Notes: generated from the letters alone by a model not told the origin. A DNA stretch of 64,000 nt from an uncultured delta proteobacterium (GCA_963712115.1 CAVQGX010000021.1:32001-96000), one strand, 5' to 3'; shown: positions 50,684 through 60,864, counted from the stretch's first letter. Program-made: numbers and translations.

Positions 50684-52621
50684 TTATTGTTCTTCTGCAG
50701 CTAGTTCGAATACTCGCAACACATCGCGAGCGCGATAGATATCCCTAAGAAAGAAGGGTTGCCAGAAGTTCTCTCCCGGAGGAAACAAAGCCAGGAAAGG
50801 TATGCTGCGGCTTCCCATATTCTCGAGCAATCGCTTGGCGGGTGGGTTTTCTCGGGTAAGATCAGCTTTTAGGAGCAAAGCATTATGTTTTCGGAAGGTT
50901 TCAACAACATGTTGGTTTCTTAGAGCGGTTCTTTCAACTAGGATACAATTGGGGCACCAGTCTGCAGTAAAATCCACTACTACCCAGCGGTTTCCCTTGG
51001 CAGCTTCGAGGAGCTTTATATCCGTGTAGGGCTGCCATTTCTCGGATTCCTCTGTCTTTGTCAGGGGCTCCTCGTTCCAACCCATGGAGGGAAATGTCTT
51101 AAGACTTAGCCATCCCCCTAGGACCATTATGATCACTGCCAACAGACGCACAGTTATTCGGCGGCGAGAGGAATCGCTGAGGCTGGTCATCTGGCCCCAG
51201 ACATAGAAACCTATAGCGAGAAAGAGGCAGAAAAGAACAATCCAGACTCTCATGTTCTCTCGAAGAATTGTGAGTAAGTAAACGACCGTTGCCAAGAGGG
51301 CAAACCCCATAAAGCGCTCGAAGTGAATGAGCCAGTTGCCCGGCCGGGGAAGCCATCTCAGAGCGGCAGGATAGATTGACATAACCACATAGGGGAAGGC
51401 CATTCCCACGCCCAGGCATGAAAAGACCATAAAGATCTGAACAGGAGGTTGCCGAAGGGTCCATGCCATGGCGCCTCCGAGGAGAGGACCGCTGCAAGGT
51501 GTGGCCAGGAATGTGGCCAATGTACCTTTATAAAATGATTCAAAGTATCCCTGGCGCTGTATGCTGACACTTTCTCCACTGCTGGAGAAGTGTGGGATTG
51601 GTAGCTGGAAAAGGCCGAATAGACAAAGGGCCATAGTGAAGATCAAGCCAATCATGGCTACAAGAAAACCCTGTTTCTGAAATAGCTCTCCCCATCCGTA
51701 TCCGGCAAAACTGGCCAGGGCAGCAAGTACGAGGAAAACTGCAAAAATGCCAGCGGCGAAACTCAAACCGAGAAGTGCCACACGACGTCCACTCTCCTGT
51801 GCTTGCTGGACGAAGCCCAGAACCTTGAGGCTAACGACGGGTAAAACGCAAGGCATGAAGTTAAGAATGAAGCCGGCTAGGAGGGCAAACAGGGCTGCTT
51901 TGACCAAGCCTCCAACCTCGAGGCCAGGCATGACGGGCCTGGGCTTCACTGCAGGAATCTCACCAAGTTGGGAAATCTCTTTCTGGCCCGGCTCTGAAGG
52001 AGTTGTTTCAAGAAGTGCTGGTTGTGATTTAGATTTGCTCTCTCCTACATGGGAGAGTTCGATTTCTTTGCTTACCCATTGGGGAATTGATGTTTCTGCC
52101 GACAAGCTGCTCACCACATTGAGCGGTGCAATTAAGTTAGTCTTATAAGGCATACACACACCCTCACGGCAAAGGGCCAATTGAAGGTGCAGCTGAACTT
52201 GGTGATTTTGAAATGGTAAGTTGGAAGGTGTAGATAGCCGTAAATAGATAGTTGTCTTTTTCTGATAAATCCAAACCCACTCATCAGGCCCAAGATCAGG
52301 CTCAACTAGTTTTTCGGCCGGGAGAAACCTGGCGGGATCAGCATTAACCCCTTCCGGAAGGGAACGGACTTCGAGTATGGTGGGTAACCCGGGTCCCGGA
52401 CCTTTAGGATTGCCGTAGATATGCCATTCGGGATCCAGAATAATTTGTACGGCAATCCAAGCATGGTGGCCAGCAGACACCTTATCAGGATATGTCTGCA
52501 CTTGGATCCTTAAGGGAGGCTTGGTATCAACCTGAAACTGATCTTTTGCTGAAACAGGGACGTCCAGCTTCAGGAAAAATAGAGCAAGGCAAACTATTAG
52601 GGTGAGTTTAAGGCGGGTCAT
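50684..52621 (-). CDS. Thiol:disulfide interchange protein, DsbD/ScsB family
   Basis: N-terminal WHIY...CREGVC, TM domain NFMPCVLP and ATPCSGP, C-terminal DFTADWCPNC. Confidence 0.92.
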   Translation of the reverse strand: MTRLKLTLIVCLALFFLKLDVPVSAKDQFQVDTKPPLRIQVQTYPDKVSAGHHAWIAVQIILDPEWHIYGNPKGPGPGLPTILEVRSLPEGVNADPARFLPAEKLVEPDLGPDEWVWIYQKKTTIYLRLSTPSNLPFQNHQVQLHLQLALCREGVCMPYKTNLIAPLNVVSSLSAETSIPQWVSKEIELSHVGESKSKSQPALLETTPSEPGQKEISQLGEIPAVKPRPVMPGLEVGGLVKAALFALLAGFILNFMPCVLPVVSLKVLGFVQQAQESGRRVALLGLSFAAGIFAVFLVLAALASFAGYGWGELFQKQGFLVAMIGLIFTMALCLFGLFQLPIPHFSSSGESVSIQRQGYFESFYKGTLATFLATPCSGPLLGGAMAWTLRQPPVQIFMVFSCLGVGMAFPYVVMSIYPAALRWLPRPGNWLIHFERFMGFALLATVVYLLTILRENMRVWIVLFCLFLAIGFYVWGQMTSLSDSSRRRITVRLLAVIIMVLGGWLSLKTFPSMGWNEEPLTKTEESEKWQPYTDIKLLEAAKGNRWVVVDFTADWCPNCILVERTALRNQHVVETFRKHNALLLKADLTRENPPAKRLLENMGSRSIPFLALFPPGENFWQPFFLRDIYRARDVLRVFELAAEEQ

Positions 52622-52874
52622 ATAATCTGATTCCGGGATATAGCCTGATTCTCCAATCCAGCAGATCATAAACAACAACGGAGCGGATGGCAAGCGGCTT
52701 TGCGTTTCAGCTGGAAGGAGGCAGCGGGCAGGAAAGACTAAGCACTAGGCAGTAGGCGCTAAGCACCAAGTAATTTCTTCTGAGATTATCAAATCTTTCT
52801 GGCCCCTGGTTTATGGTTTAGCTAAATTGCACGATTGAAGACGAGGATTACACGGTGCCTAATAGATAGGGTGC

Positions 52875-53240
52875 TTAGCGACAGATTAGATGAGAAACCA
52901 AAATACCCCAAAATTCCCTGGGCCCCTCGAATGTCGAAACCGCTTCATAGTGCCATCCAAGGTGTTGACCGCATTGCCGGCAGAAGACCATGCGCCACCG
53001 GTAGCCCGGAAACCAGGTGTGGGCCGCGGTGGCGCCTCCATGAGCTACCGCACCAGGACAGTCCGAAAAGGTGCGAAAATCACATTCCACACCCGCTGGG
53101 TTGACGAATAGATGTCGATCGGAAGTGCCTACACGCAGCAGTCGATCCGAATAGGTGACAAGACCTCTACAGCCAAAGCACTGGTAGACTTTGGCACCAT
53201 TGCCACCGATTCCTTTCAGGGGAAAAGCAAAGCCGAGCAT
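52875..53240 (-). CDS. Cereblon-like (CULT domain) protein
   Basis: CFGC...FVNPAG...HTWFPGYRW...CRQCGQHLGWHY: Zn knuckles and tri-Trp cage; start uncertain. Confidence 0.88.
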   Translation of the reverse strand: MLGFAFPLKGIGGNGAKVYQCFGCRGLVTYSDRLLRVGTSDRHLFVNPAGVECDFRTFSDCPGAVAHGGATAAHTWFPGYRWRMVFCRQCGQHLGWHYEAVSTFEGPREFWGILVSHLICR

Positions 53241-53306
53241 TCTGGATTCCAGAGTGAGGAAGGTTTACTGGCAGGAAAAATACCAAATTGGCGAGAAAAG
53301 TCAATC

Positions 53307-53537
53307 TAGCCCGGACGTTTCATGAATCGCTTGTGCGACCACGAAACTGGGAACCCGCTTGCGGGACTGAGCGGAGCGCAGCGAGCGCGAATAATATGGC
53401 CGTCCTTCTTGGCGTCCTCGGGTATCGGCTCCTGCGACGTACCATTTAGGTACGCCTCGGAACCAATACCCTGCGGTTACCCAGTGGCACGCCCATCTTC
53501 ATGGTCTCACGACATCAATTCATGAAACATCCGGGCT
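53307..53537. mobile_element. MITE-like element with about 20-bp terminal inverted repeats (copy 1)
   Basis: tagcccggacgtttcatgaat...attcatgaaacatccgggct; the body is the reverse complement of 57832-58015 plus an internal insertion; no transposase. Confidence 0.8.
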
Positions 53538-53730
53538 TGCCCTGCTGCCTAGTGGTTAGTTAAGGAATCTAACCCTTTGTACTTGCGACAGGGGTTTTGA
53601 TCTGCTATATCTGGTGCATTCTTTGGCAGAGACTAATCTGCCTGCATAAAAGGGGCACGGGCGCACACCCGCCCAAGGTAATTCCACCTGATTTAGTCCA
53701 AGAGGCGCAACTTGCCCCCGTATTGTCAGA

Positions 53731-53853
53731 AGTCCGTGGTCAGTCGTAAAGGACGCATAGAGCATAGCGCAGAGCATATTATTTGATGGTAACAGCACGC
53801 TATGCGCTCTGCGGCGAACGGAGTGAGCCAAAACGGACAACTGACCACGGACC
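53731..53853. repeat. Nested 7-mer inverted arrays (gtccgtg/cacggac outer; gcatagc/gctatgc inner)
   Basis: gtccgtggtcagtcgt...gcatagagcatagcgcagagc...gctatgcgctctgc...acaactgaccacggac. Confidence 0.7.
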
Positions 53854-53859
53854 GTCATA

Positions 53860-55386
53860 ATGCTTGCAAAAGTGCTATCCAGCGCCGTGTTGGGTGTTGA
53901 TGCCTACGTAGTAGAGGTTGAGGTAGATATCACCATGGGTCTGCCTGCCTTTGCCACAGTTGGCCTTCCTGATGGCGCGGTGCGAGAGAGCAAGGACCGA
54001 GTGAAATCGGCGATAAAGAACACGGGCTACCGTTTTCCACCCCACCGAATTACGGTTAACCTAGCTCCAGCCGACGTTAAAAAGGAAGGAGCTGGATTTG
54101 ACCTACCCATGGCCGTTGGTATCCTGGCTGCAACTGGCCTGGTGAATCGAGACAAGCTTCAGCGGTATCTGATAATTGGTGAACTCTCATTGGATGGAAA
54201 AGTGAAGCCCACTAAAGGTGCTTTGCCGGTGGCCTTGGCCGCCCGTAACAACGGGCTTGCAGGAATAATCGTGCCGGAGGCCAATAGCAAAGAGTCGGCG
54301 GTGGTGCAGGGGGTTAAGGTGTTTGCGGCAACCCATCTTTCGCAAGTAGTAGATTTTTTTAATGAAAGCTGCGACATGTCACCCACGAGCATAGACGTAG
54401 AGGATCTATTTTCCAAGCATTCACCCTATGAGGTGGATTTCAATGAGGTGAAGGGTCAGGAGCATGTGAAGCGTGCCTTAGAAATAGCAGCTGCCGGTGG
54501 TCACAACGTGTTGATGGTGGGGCCGCCCGGGTCGGGCAAGACAATGCTGGCCCAGAGACTTCCCACCATTCTTCCTGATCTGACCTTTGAGGAAGCTCTA
54601 GAGACCACCAAGGTGTATAGCATCATGGGGTTAATGGATAAACGTGCCCTTGTTACTACCCGCCCTTTCAGATCTCCCCACCACAGCATTTCTGATGCTG
54701 GCTTGATCGGAGGAGGACAGATTCCCAAGCCCGGCGAAGTGAGTCTGGCGCACAACGGAGTATTATTTTTAGACGAGATGCCGGAGTTTAGAAAAAATGT
54801 TTTAGAGGTTCTACGTCAGCCCATGGAAGACGGCAAGGTAACCATTGCCCGGGCTGCGACCTCAATTACTTACCCGGCCCGCTTCATGGCGGTTGCTGCA
54901 ATGAATCCTTGTCCTTGCGGCTTCTATGGTGATTACAAACGGCAGTGCCAATGCACTCATTTGCAGATCCAGCGGTATCGGACCAAGATTTCGGGACCAC
55001 TCTTGGATCGACTGGACATACATGTGGAAGTACCGGCGGTGCAATATGAGGATTTGGCTCAAGAAAGTGGGGGTAAATCCTCCGACACCATAAGAGATCG
55101 GGTGAATGCGGCGAGGACTGTTCAGCAGAAGCGCTTTAAGAGCCACAGGGTATATTGCAATGCCCAAATGGTTCCGAGGTTGCTAAAGCGCTTCTGCCGG
55201 CTGGATGAGGACTGCCATCGTCTGTTGGAAGCTGCCATCGATCGATTGGGATTGAGTGCCAGGGCTCACAACAGAATTCTAAAAATAGCCCGGACCATAG
55301 CGGATCTTGAAGGGCTGGAAGAGATCAGTGCAACTCACATTGCCGAGGCCATTCAATACCGCAGTCTGGACCGGGGCCTAGCTTAG
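53860..55386 (+). CDS. comM: YifB/ComM Mg-chelatase-like AAA+ ATPase
   Basis: VGLPD..VRES, NLAPAD, GELSLDG, GPPGSGKT, PFRSPHH, LAHNGVLFLDE, SGPLLDR, ARTIADL. Confidence 0.95.
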   Translation: MLAKVLSSAVLGVDAYVVEVEVDITMGLPAFATVGLPDGAVRESKDRVKSAIKNTGYRFPPHRITVNLAPADVKKEGAGFDLPMAVGILAATGLVNRDKLQRYLIIGELSLDGKVKPTKGALPVALAARNNGLAGIIVPEANSKESAVVQGVKVFAATHLSQVVDFFNESCDMSPTSIDVEDLFSKHSPYEVDFNEVKGQEHVKRALEIAAAGGHNVLMVGPPGSGKTMLAQRLPTILPDLTFEEALETTKVYSIMGLMDKRALVTTRPFRSPHHSISDAGLIGGGQIPKPGEVSLAHNGVLFLDEMPEFRKNVLEVLRQPMEDGKVTIARAATSITYPARFMAVAAMNPCPCGFYGDYKRQCQCTHLQIQRYRTKISGPLLDRLDIHVEVPAVQYEDLAQESGGKSSDTIRDRVNAARTVQQKRFKSHRVYCNAQMVPRLLKRFCRLDEDCHRLLEAAIDRLGLSARAHNRILKIARTIADLEGLEEISATHIAEAIQYRSLDRGLA

Positions 55387-56283
55387 TGGCAGCACTGATT
55401 CTCCGAATAATATGTTGAGGAAAGAACTTTTGTATGAGGCTAGTGTTTTATCCTTCCTCATGACTGCGGCGATATAATCTGGTTTGAATAGTTGGTCCAT
55501 TGGGAGGAACTCCAGCTTTCTTTCCTTCAGTGCCGGTAAATCCATTACCACTGTGGCAAAAGATACGCCGAGGCCCATCTCCACATAGCGAGAGGTTAGC
55601 TCAACATTTGAAGATTCCATGACGATCTGGTAGTCGAGTCCGAGCTTCTGAAATCGCTCTTCCAGCATCCTGCGACAGGTGAATCTAAGGTCCTTCGGAG
55701 GCAATATAAGGGGATATTTGGCAAGTTTTTTCAGGGTAAGCCGGTTTGCCTCGGCCAAAGGGTGGCCGGGAGGTATCATCAACACAGTTTCTACCCTTTT
55801 CCATCTGATTAAGGTCAGATCACCCGGAACTTCGGACTCGAGGGTCAAACCGAAGTCGATGTCCCCACTCTTGACAAGTTCGATAACAGTTTGCTGTGAC
55901 CGATCTAGTATGGTCAGTTCCACCTGGGGAAAACGTTCAGTATATTCTTTGAGTATTTCCGGAAATAGGTGATAAAGAGTTGTAAAGGGCGCTGCTATTC
56001 TGAGTCTACCTTTTTTAAAACCTTTCAGTTCGTTCAAATCCTCTCTTAAACTATCGTAGCTCTCCAGGATAGACTCTGCAAATCTGAGAAATCTTTCTCC
56101 AGCAGAAGTGAGCCTCAGCTTCCGCTTGCCGATTCTCTCAAAGAGATGGCAATCCAATTCTCTTTCCAAAGCTTTTATCTGCTGACTCAAGGCCGACTGC
56201 GTTCGAAAGGTGGCTTCAGCGGCTTTGGTAAAGCTCCCGAGCTTGGCTGTCTGATAGAAACCTATGACCTGCTGCCACTCCAT
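55378..56283 (-). CDS. LysR-family transcriptional regulator
   Basis: GSFTKAAE...TQSALSQQIKALE.EL...LFER; divergent from the thioesterase gene. Confidence 0.93.
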   Translation of the reverse strand: MEWQQVIGFYQTAKLGSFTKAAEATFRTQSALSQQIKALERELDCHLFERIGKRKLRLTSAGERFLRFAESILESYDSLREDLNELKGFKKGRLRIAAPFTTLYHLFPEILKEYTERFPQVELTILDRSQQTVIELVKSGDIDFGLTLESEVPGDLTLIRWKRVETVLMIPPGHPLAEANRLTLKKLAKYPLILPPKDLRFTCRRMLEERFQKLGLDYQIVMESSNVELTSRYVEMGLGVSFATVVMDLPALKERKLEFLPMDQLFKPDYIAAVMRKDKTLASYKSSFLNILFGESVLPLS

Positions 56284-56392
56284 GAGAAATAAGTCTCACT
56301 AATCAATATAATGAAAATTATTAATTTGATTTATAACAAATTATCAGAGATCTTGAGAATAGGCAAAGGAAAAAACTACAGGGAGGTGAGCC

Positions 56393-56821
56393 ATGAAAGA
56401 TTCTCTAAAACCAGGCTTGACTTTTGAGTTCCAATTCAAGGTACCTGAAAGCAAAACCGTACCTCACCTTTACCCGGAATCTGCCGAGTTCCAGGTTATG
56501 CCGAAAGTCTTGGCCACGGGGTTCATGGTGGGATTGTTTGAATGGGCCTGCATCCAGGCGATAAATCCTCACATTGATTGGCCTGATGAGCAGACGGTTG
56601 GAATCCAGGTGAATTTGAGTCATTTGGCTGCTACCCCTCCAGGCTTGACGGTAACGGTAAAAGGAAAACTGGAAGAAGTGGAAGGGCGGAAACTAAGCTT
56701 CTCTATAGTCGCAGATGATGGAGTAGATAAGATATCTGAGGGTACGCACCACAGGTTCGTGATCAATCCGGCCAAGTTCAACGCCAAAATGGCTGATAAA
56801 GCGGGCAAGCACTCTAAATGA
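56393..56821 (+). CDS. Hot-dog thioesterase, fluoroacetyl-CoA thioesterase (FlK)-like
   Basis: VLATGFMVGLFEWAC, TVG..VNLSHLAATPPG, G.H.R (Thr-Glu-His triad). Confidence 0.88.
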   Translation: MKDSLKPGLTFEFQFKVPESKTVPHLYPESAEFQVMPKVLATGFMVGLFEWACIQAINPHIDWPDEQTVGIQVNLSHLAATPPGLTVTVKGKLEEVEGRKLSFSIVADDGVDKISEGTHHRFVINPAKFNAKMADKAGKHSK

Positions 56822-56982
56822 GAAGTTTTAACGAAGGGTTTGCGTTCAATCACTGAAAGTAAAACGTCATCTTCCCTCAGGGCTGCTGCTCAAAGTGCTT
56901 AATCATTTCTTAAAGATGTGTTATCGGTAAAGCACTAATCTCGTCTTTATTGTGGCGAAAATACAAAGGGAAAGACAGGGTA

Positions 56983-57834
56983 ATGAGCGGAGCCAAAGAG
57001 CAGCCAAAGAACGAACCTTTGGAAGGCTACGATCCAAAGGATTATGCCAAGTTTCCAATATTTCTATTAGGAACCGGCAGGTGCGGTAGCACTCTTCTGC
57101 AAAAAATACTGAATAGTGTCGATAACGTCATGATCTATGGGGAGCATGGCGGTTTTTTGAGACAAATAGCGGAAGCTTATTTTCTAAATCTAGAAGACAA
57201 GAAAATCGAAAAATACATAATGAGTCAAAATGTTGCAGGAGAAGATCCGACCCTTGTGTTTGACAGGTTAAAGGATCCGCAGCTGTGGAGTGCCTGGATG
57301 AACTGGTACAACCGAGAAACTGTAAAAAAGAATTTTCGAGACTTCACTGAGTCCTTTTTCAACCCTATTGCCTTAGAACGAAAGGTGCACTGGGGGTTCA
57401 AAGAGATCAGGTATGGGTTAAATGACCGGGTTTTAGAAATGCTGGCTGACCTTTACCCGAAGGGGCGATTTATCTTTATGGTTCGTAATCCTGTAGACGT
57501 TGTTGCAAGTAAAATGTCAGCCCGGATGAGTGACGGCTTAGAAACTGATGTCCAGAGCTGGGTAGAACAGAACAGTTATTTTGTCGACTTTTACAGGCGA
57601 AACAAAGAAAGGAGCAAAATTGTTCGTTACGAGGATCTGATTGGTAGCAATAGCCCCCAACTTAAGCAGCTTTTTGACTGGCTGGGATTTTCTCTGACGG
57701 ATAAACAGACAAATATAATGGAGCTAACAAAACCAAGTTATCACGGACGACCTAGGCCAGTGAGATTAGCTGATGATCAGATAGATGAGATCAATAAAAT
57801 AACCAAAGAGCTGAGAGAAGAGCTGGGTTACTAG
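56983..57834 (+). CDS. PAPS-dependent sulfotransferase family protein
   Basis: 5'-PSB FLLGTGRCGSTLL, WGFKE, 3'-PB MVRNPVDVVAS, VRYEDL. Confidence 0.85.
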   Translation: MSGAKEQPKNEPLEGYDPKDYAKFPIFLLGTGRCGSTLLQKILNSVDNVMIYGEHGGFLRQIAEAYFLNLEDKKIEKYIMSQNVAGEDPTLVFDRLKDPQLWSAWMNWYNRETVKKNFRDFTESFFNPIALERKVHWGFKEIRYGLNDRVLEMLADLYPKGRFIFMVRNPVDVVASKMSARMSDGLETDVQSWVEQNSYFVDFYRRNKERSKIVRYEDLIGSNSPQLKQLFDWLGFSLTDKQTNIMELTKPSYHGRPRPVRLADDQIDEINKITKELREELGY

Positions 57835-58015
57835 CCCGGATGTTTCATGAATTGATGTAGCGAGACCATGAAGATGGGCGTGCCACTGGGTAACCGCAGG
57901 GTATTGGGTCCGAGGCGTACCTGAACGGTACGCCGCAGGAGCCGATATCCGAGGACGCCCAGAAGGATGCCCATATCCAGGGTCGCAGCAAGCCATTCAT
58001 GAGACATCCGGGCTA
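57832..58015. mobile_element. MITE-like element (copy 2, inverted relative to copy 1)
   Basis: tagcccggatgtttcatgaat...attcatgagacatccgggcta; its ends coincide with the TAG stops of both flanking convergent genes. Confidence 0.8.
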
Positions 58016-58381
58016 AACCTCGCGATCGTTGAAGAGAGTGTAATAGACTTGGTCGCCCTTTTTGAAGCCCCGGGCCAATTCCATGTGCCTCAAGGTAGCG
58101 AAATTCCGCTGCAATTCATTGCTATTTATGGATAGCTCGGTGCAGATTTCCTCTGCAGTAAGAGGGCCGCTTTTCTTGATCAGATCAAGAATTTCCTGCT
58201 GCTCTGCAGTTAAACTATCGCTTATTAGTGAAGTGTTTTTCGCAGAATGAACTGCCCAAGGGTCGCAAGTTTTGGGTATAGTGACGATGTCCAAGTAGCA
58301 ATCTTCACAAAGGGTATGTCCTGAGTGTTCAAATTTCTCCTCAGCTGAGATCTCTACTGCGCATTTTTCACATTCCATCAT
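58013..58381 (-). CDS. Zn-ribbon plus winged-HTH hypothetical protein
   Basis: CEKC...LCEDCY...CDPWAV, then wHTH-like LTAEEIC..L...ELQRNFATLRHMEL; RBS aggaggtg. Confidence 0.75.
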   Translation of the reverse strand: MMECEKCAVEISAEEKFEHSGHTLCEDCYLDIVTIPKTCDPWAVHSAKNTSLISDSLTAEQQEILDLIKKSGPLTAEEICTELSINSNELQRNFATLRHMELARGFKKGDQVYYTLFNDREV

Positions 58382-58514
58382 CACACCTCCTAAAATAAAC
58401 AATAACAGTTCTACTTTAACCCCAAGAAACTGTATTTGAACTAAAAAGAAATCACCCATGGATGATGATGGCATTTCTTATTGGGGAGATGTTTTCTCGA
58501 ACTGATAGGAATTG

Positions 58515-59275
58515 TCATTTAATCATGAGAACGATATTGCTATGCATAACACCACTACCAGGAAGATATCTTCTGATATGTTCACAAGTCTGCCGAAATC
58601 CGTTCACCGAGAAACTTGACAATATCTCAAATGGACCTCTATATCTCAGGTATACCTTAAATTTCCGGAATCCCACCTTCTTTCCAGCCTTTATAATCAA
58701 TGCGGGTGGCATATCCCTTTCAGTCAGCCCAAACTTTTCAATAGCATTTCTCGATTGAACTGATCTTGAGTGACCAACTCCTGGTTCAACTGTCAGACAA
58801 ATTCCTCCGAATTTTAAGGCGTTATAGGCCTGATAAATAGCCTTTTGCTCATCAATTGAATGGTGCAATGAATCATAAAAAATGGCATAGTCAAAAACTT
58901 CATTTGGATTCTATAGATTCTCATAATGCAGCTGTAAGGAAGTTTAGATTTTCTAACGCTTTAGCGGCGTTTATTCATTCGGCCAGCGCAATCAAATGGC
59001 TCAGAAACATCGTTGCGCAGCAACTTCAGATCTCCTCTTCGGCGCGAAAAAAACACTTGTCCATCCAGTTCCGGCTCCAATATCCAGCAGACTTTCCAGG
59101 GGGTGGGGGAAGAAGAGAAGGTAATGAGCCGATATCATTCAGAAACTGAAATCGGGAAATAATTCTTGTTATATATGAGAATGGTTATGATTGGCTCGGG
59201 TAACCAATCAAAGCATGGTTGAGTTCCTTTTCGAACTGTGCAACTAAGTTTTAGTAATAAGGGAGATCAACGCAT
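58515..59275 (-). pseudogene. Degraded class I SAM-dependent methyltransferase
   Basis: Across frames: LLDIGAGTGWTSVFF ... FDYAIFYDSLHHSIDEQKAI...LKFGG...EPG; several frameshifts/stops; 5' end approximate. Confidence 0.7.
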
Positions 59276-59645
59276 GTGGATTACGCCTAATAAATGTTTT
59301 GACATCTCAAAATACTCCAATGCTTGAATGACATTTGTTGAACAGACAGGGTTATTCTGTCTAACTCTCGTACATATCATGTTTGGTTCACTTTCTGTTA
59401 GGAGAACTACAACGTGGAATCAAGCAATAAGCGCCAGTTGCCGGTCCTGCGCCCCAAACCTTCTCTATTGGTCCGATGCTTGCGAAAGTTCAGATTACAC
59501 CGAGGAAATCGATCAGGGATGACGAGTTACCTCAGATGGCTTGATTGGTTGGAAGGAAATGAGCGTTTCATCTGGAAATGCTCAGTTTTATCATGGGCTC
59601 TGGTGTCTCTCGACTGAAATCTAAATGCCCTTGAATCTCTCAAGC

Positions 59646-60015
59646 TTACCTGTCGATAGTCACCAGAATGGTGGTGCTTTTGCTCTCGGAGGCTGTGGCC
59701 GTTATCTGCAGTCTCTTGTCTTCTTTGGAGAAAATGAGGGTTGTACCTCTTTTCAGCTCCATTCCCGTCAGAATACTCCAGCCTCTATAGGTCATGGATT
59801 TACGGTAGAAAACAATTACCGCGTCAGGGTCGTCCTCGCTTTCCATTATGACCTGTGAGCTACTTTTCCTTTCTTTGGCAGAAAATAACTTTCGCCTCGG
59901 GGTAATGTGGGACAACACCCTCCAACCCCTTCGGCAAAGTGATCTGACTCCACGCCACCGCAGTGAGCCAACCAGTGAGCAGCACACCGAGAGCCGCTAC
60001 CTTCAAAGCTTTCAT
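59646..60015 (-). pseudogene. Frameshifted small lipoprotein-like exported protein
   Basis: RBS gaggag and MKALKVAALGVLL; other frames give CGGVESDHF...VPHYPEAKVI and ESEDDPDAVIVFYRKSM..RGW. Confidence 0.5.
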
Positions 60016-60111
60016 GGACTTTCTCCTCAAAAGCGCTTTATGGGGAAAACTCTTACATCATTAAAGTTAACTGTTTAGTTACCGCGACAGGCACGGTCAA
60101 TTGCCAAACAA

Positions 60112-60864
60112 CTATGAATGGATCTTGATTTTTTTTAGTTTTTTCCTGGTAGTTTCCGAGTACCAGATATCCGCAAATTCCAGGATATAATCTTTTTCGT
60201 GTTTGACCATCTCCTCGGCCACCGCCTTTCGGAGGAGCTTTTTAATGATTGTGAAGGCCGAACTATCTTTTTCAGCTAACTCCTGAGCGACTTTTACGGC
60301 ATCATCTAACAGAGTATCCTCAGATGACACCTGATCAACCAATCCCAGTCCGAAAGCTTCTTCGGCAGAATACATGGCCCCGCTATAAAGTATTGACTGA
60401 GCATTTCTTGGACCCACGCAAAATCTCAGCATTTCCGCACTTCCGGCAAAGACCGGTGCTCCAAAGGTTATCTCGTTCAAGGCTATCTTCCCTTTTCCTG
60501 ACGCCATAAGGCGGAAATCGCACGCTGTGGCCAGCATACAACCGCCAGCTATGGTGTGACCGTTTAGGGCAGCAACAATAGGTTTGGGAAATTGAAACAG
60601 ATAGGTGTACAGGTTTGTGAACATCTCAATAAACCTTATGAAATCTTTCTTGGGATATCTCAAGAATTCGGGAACATCAAATCCGAAGGAGAAAAACTTT
60701 CCAGAACCGGTAAAGATAATCGATTTCACTTCAGTATCTGTTGCTAAATTTTTAAAGGAATCAACTATTTCCTCTACCATAGGCTCATTTAACGCATTAA
60801 CCTTTCCCCTTTGCAAGGTTACTGTTGCAATGCCATTTCTTTTTGATGAAAGAATAAAGTTCAT
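60112..60864 (-). CDS. Enoyl-CoA hydratase/isomerase family protein
   Basis: KVNALN, FFSFGFDV, NGHTIAGGC, LNEI, GLVD. Confidence 0.9.
   Translation of the reverse strand: MNFILSSKRNGIATVTLQRGKVNALNEPMVEEIVDSFKNLATDTEVKSIIFTGSGKFFSFGFDVPEFLRYPKKDFIRFIEMFTNLYTYLFQFPKPIVAALNGHTIAGGCMLATACDFRLMASGKGKIALNEITFGAPVFAGSAEMLRFCVGPRNAQSILYSGAMYSAEEAFGLGLVDQVSSEDTLLDDAVKVAQELAEKDSSAFTIIKKLLRKAVAEEMVKHEKDYILEFADIWYSETTRKKLKKIKIHS

Noticed and set aside
53652-53720. SRP (4.5S) RNA-like hairpin upstream of comM
   Set aside because: Lacks the CAGG...GGAA...AGCAG domain-IV signature; only a weak hairpin
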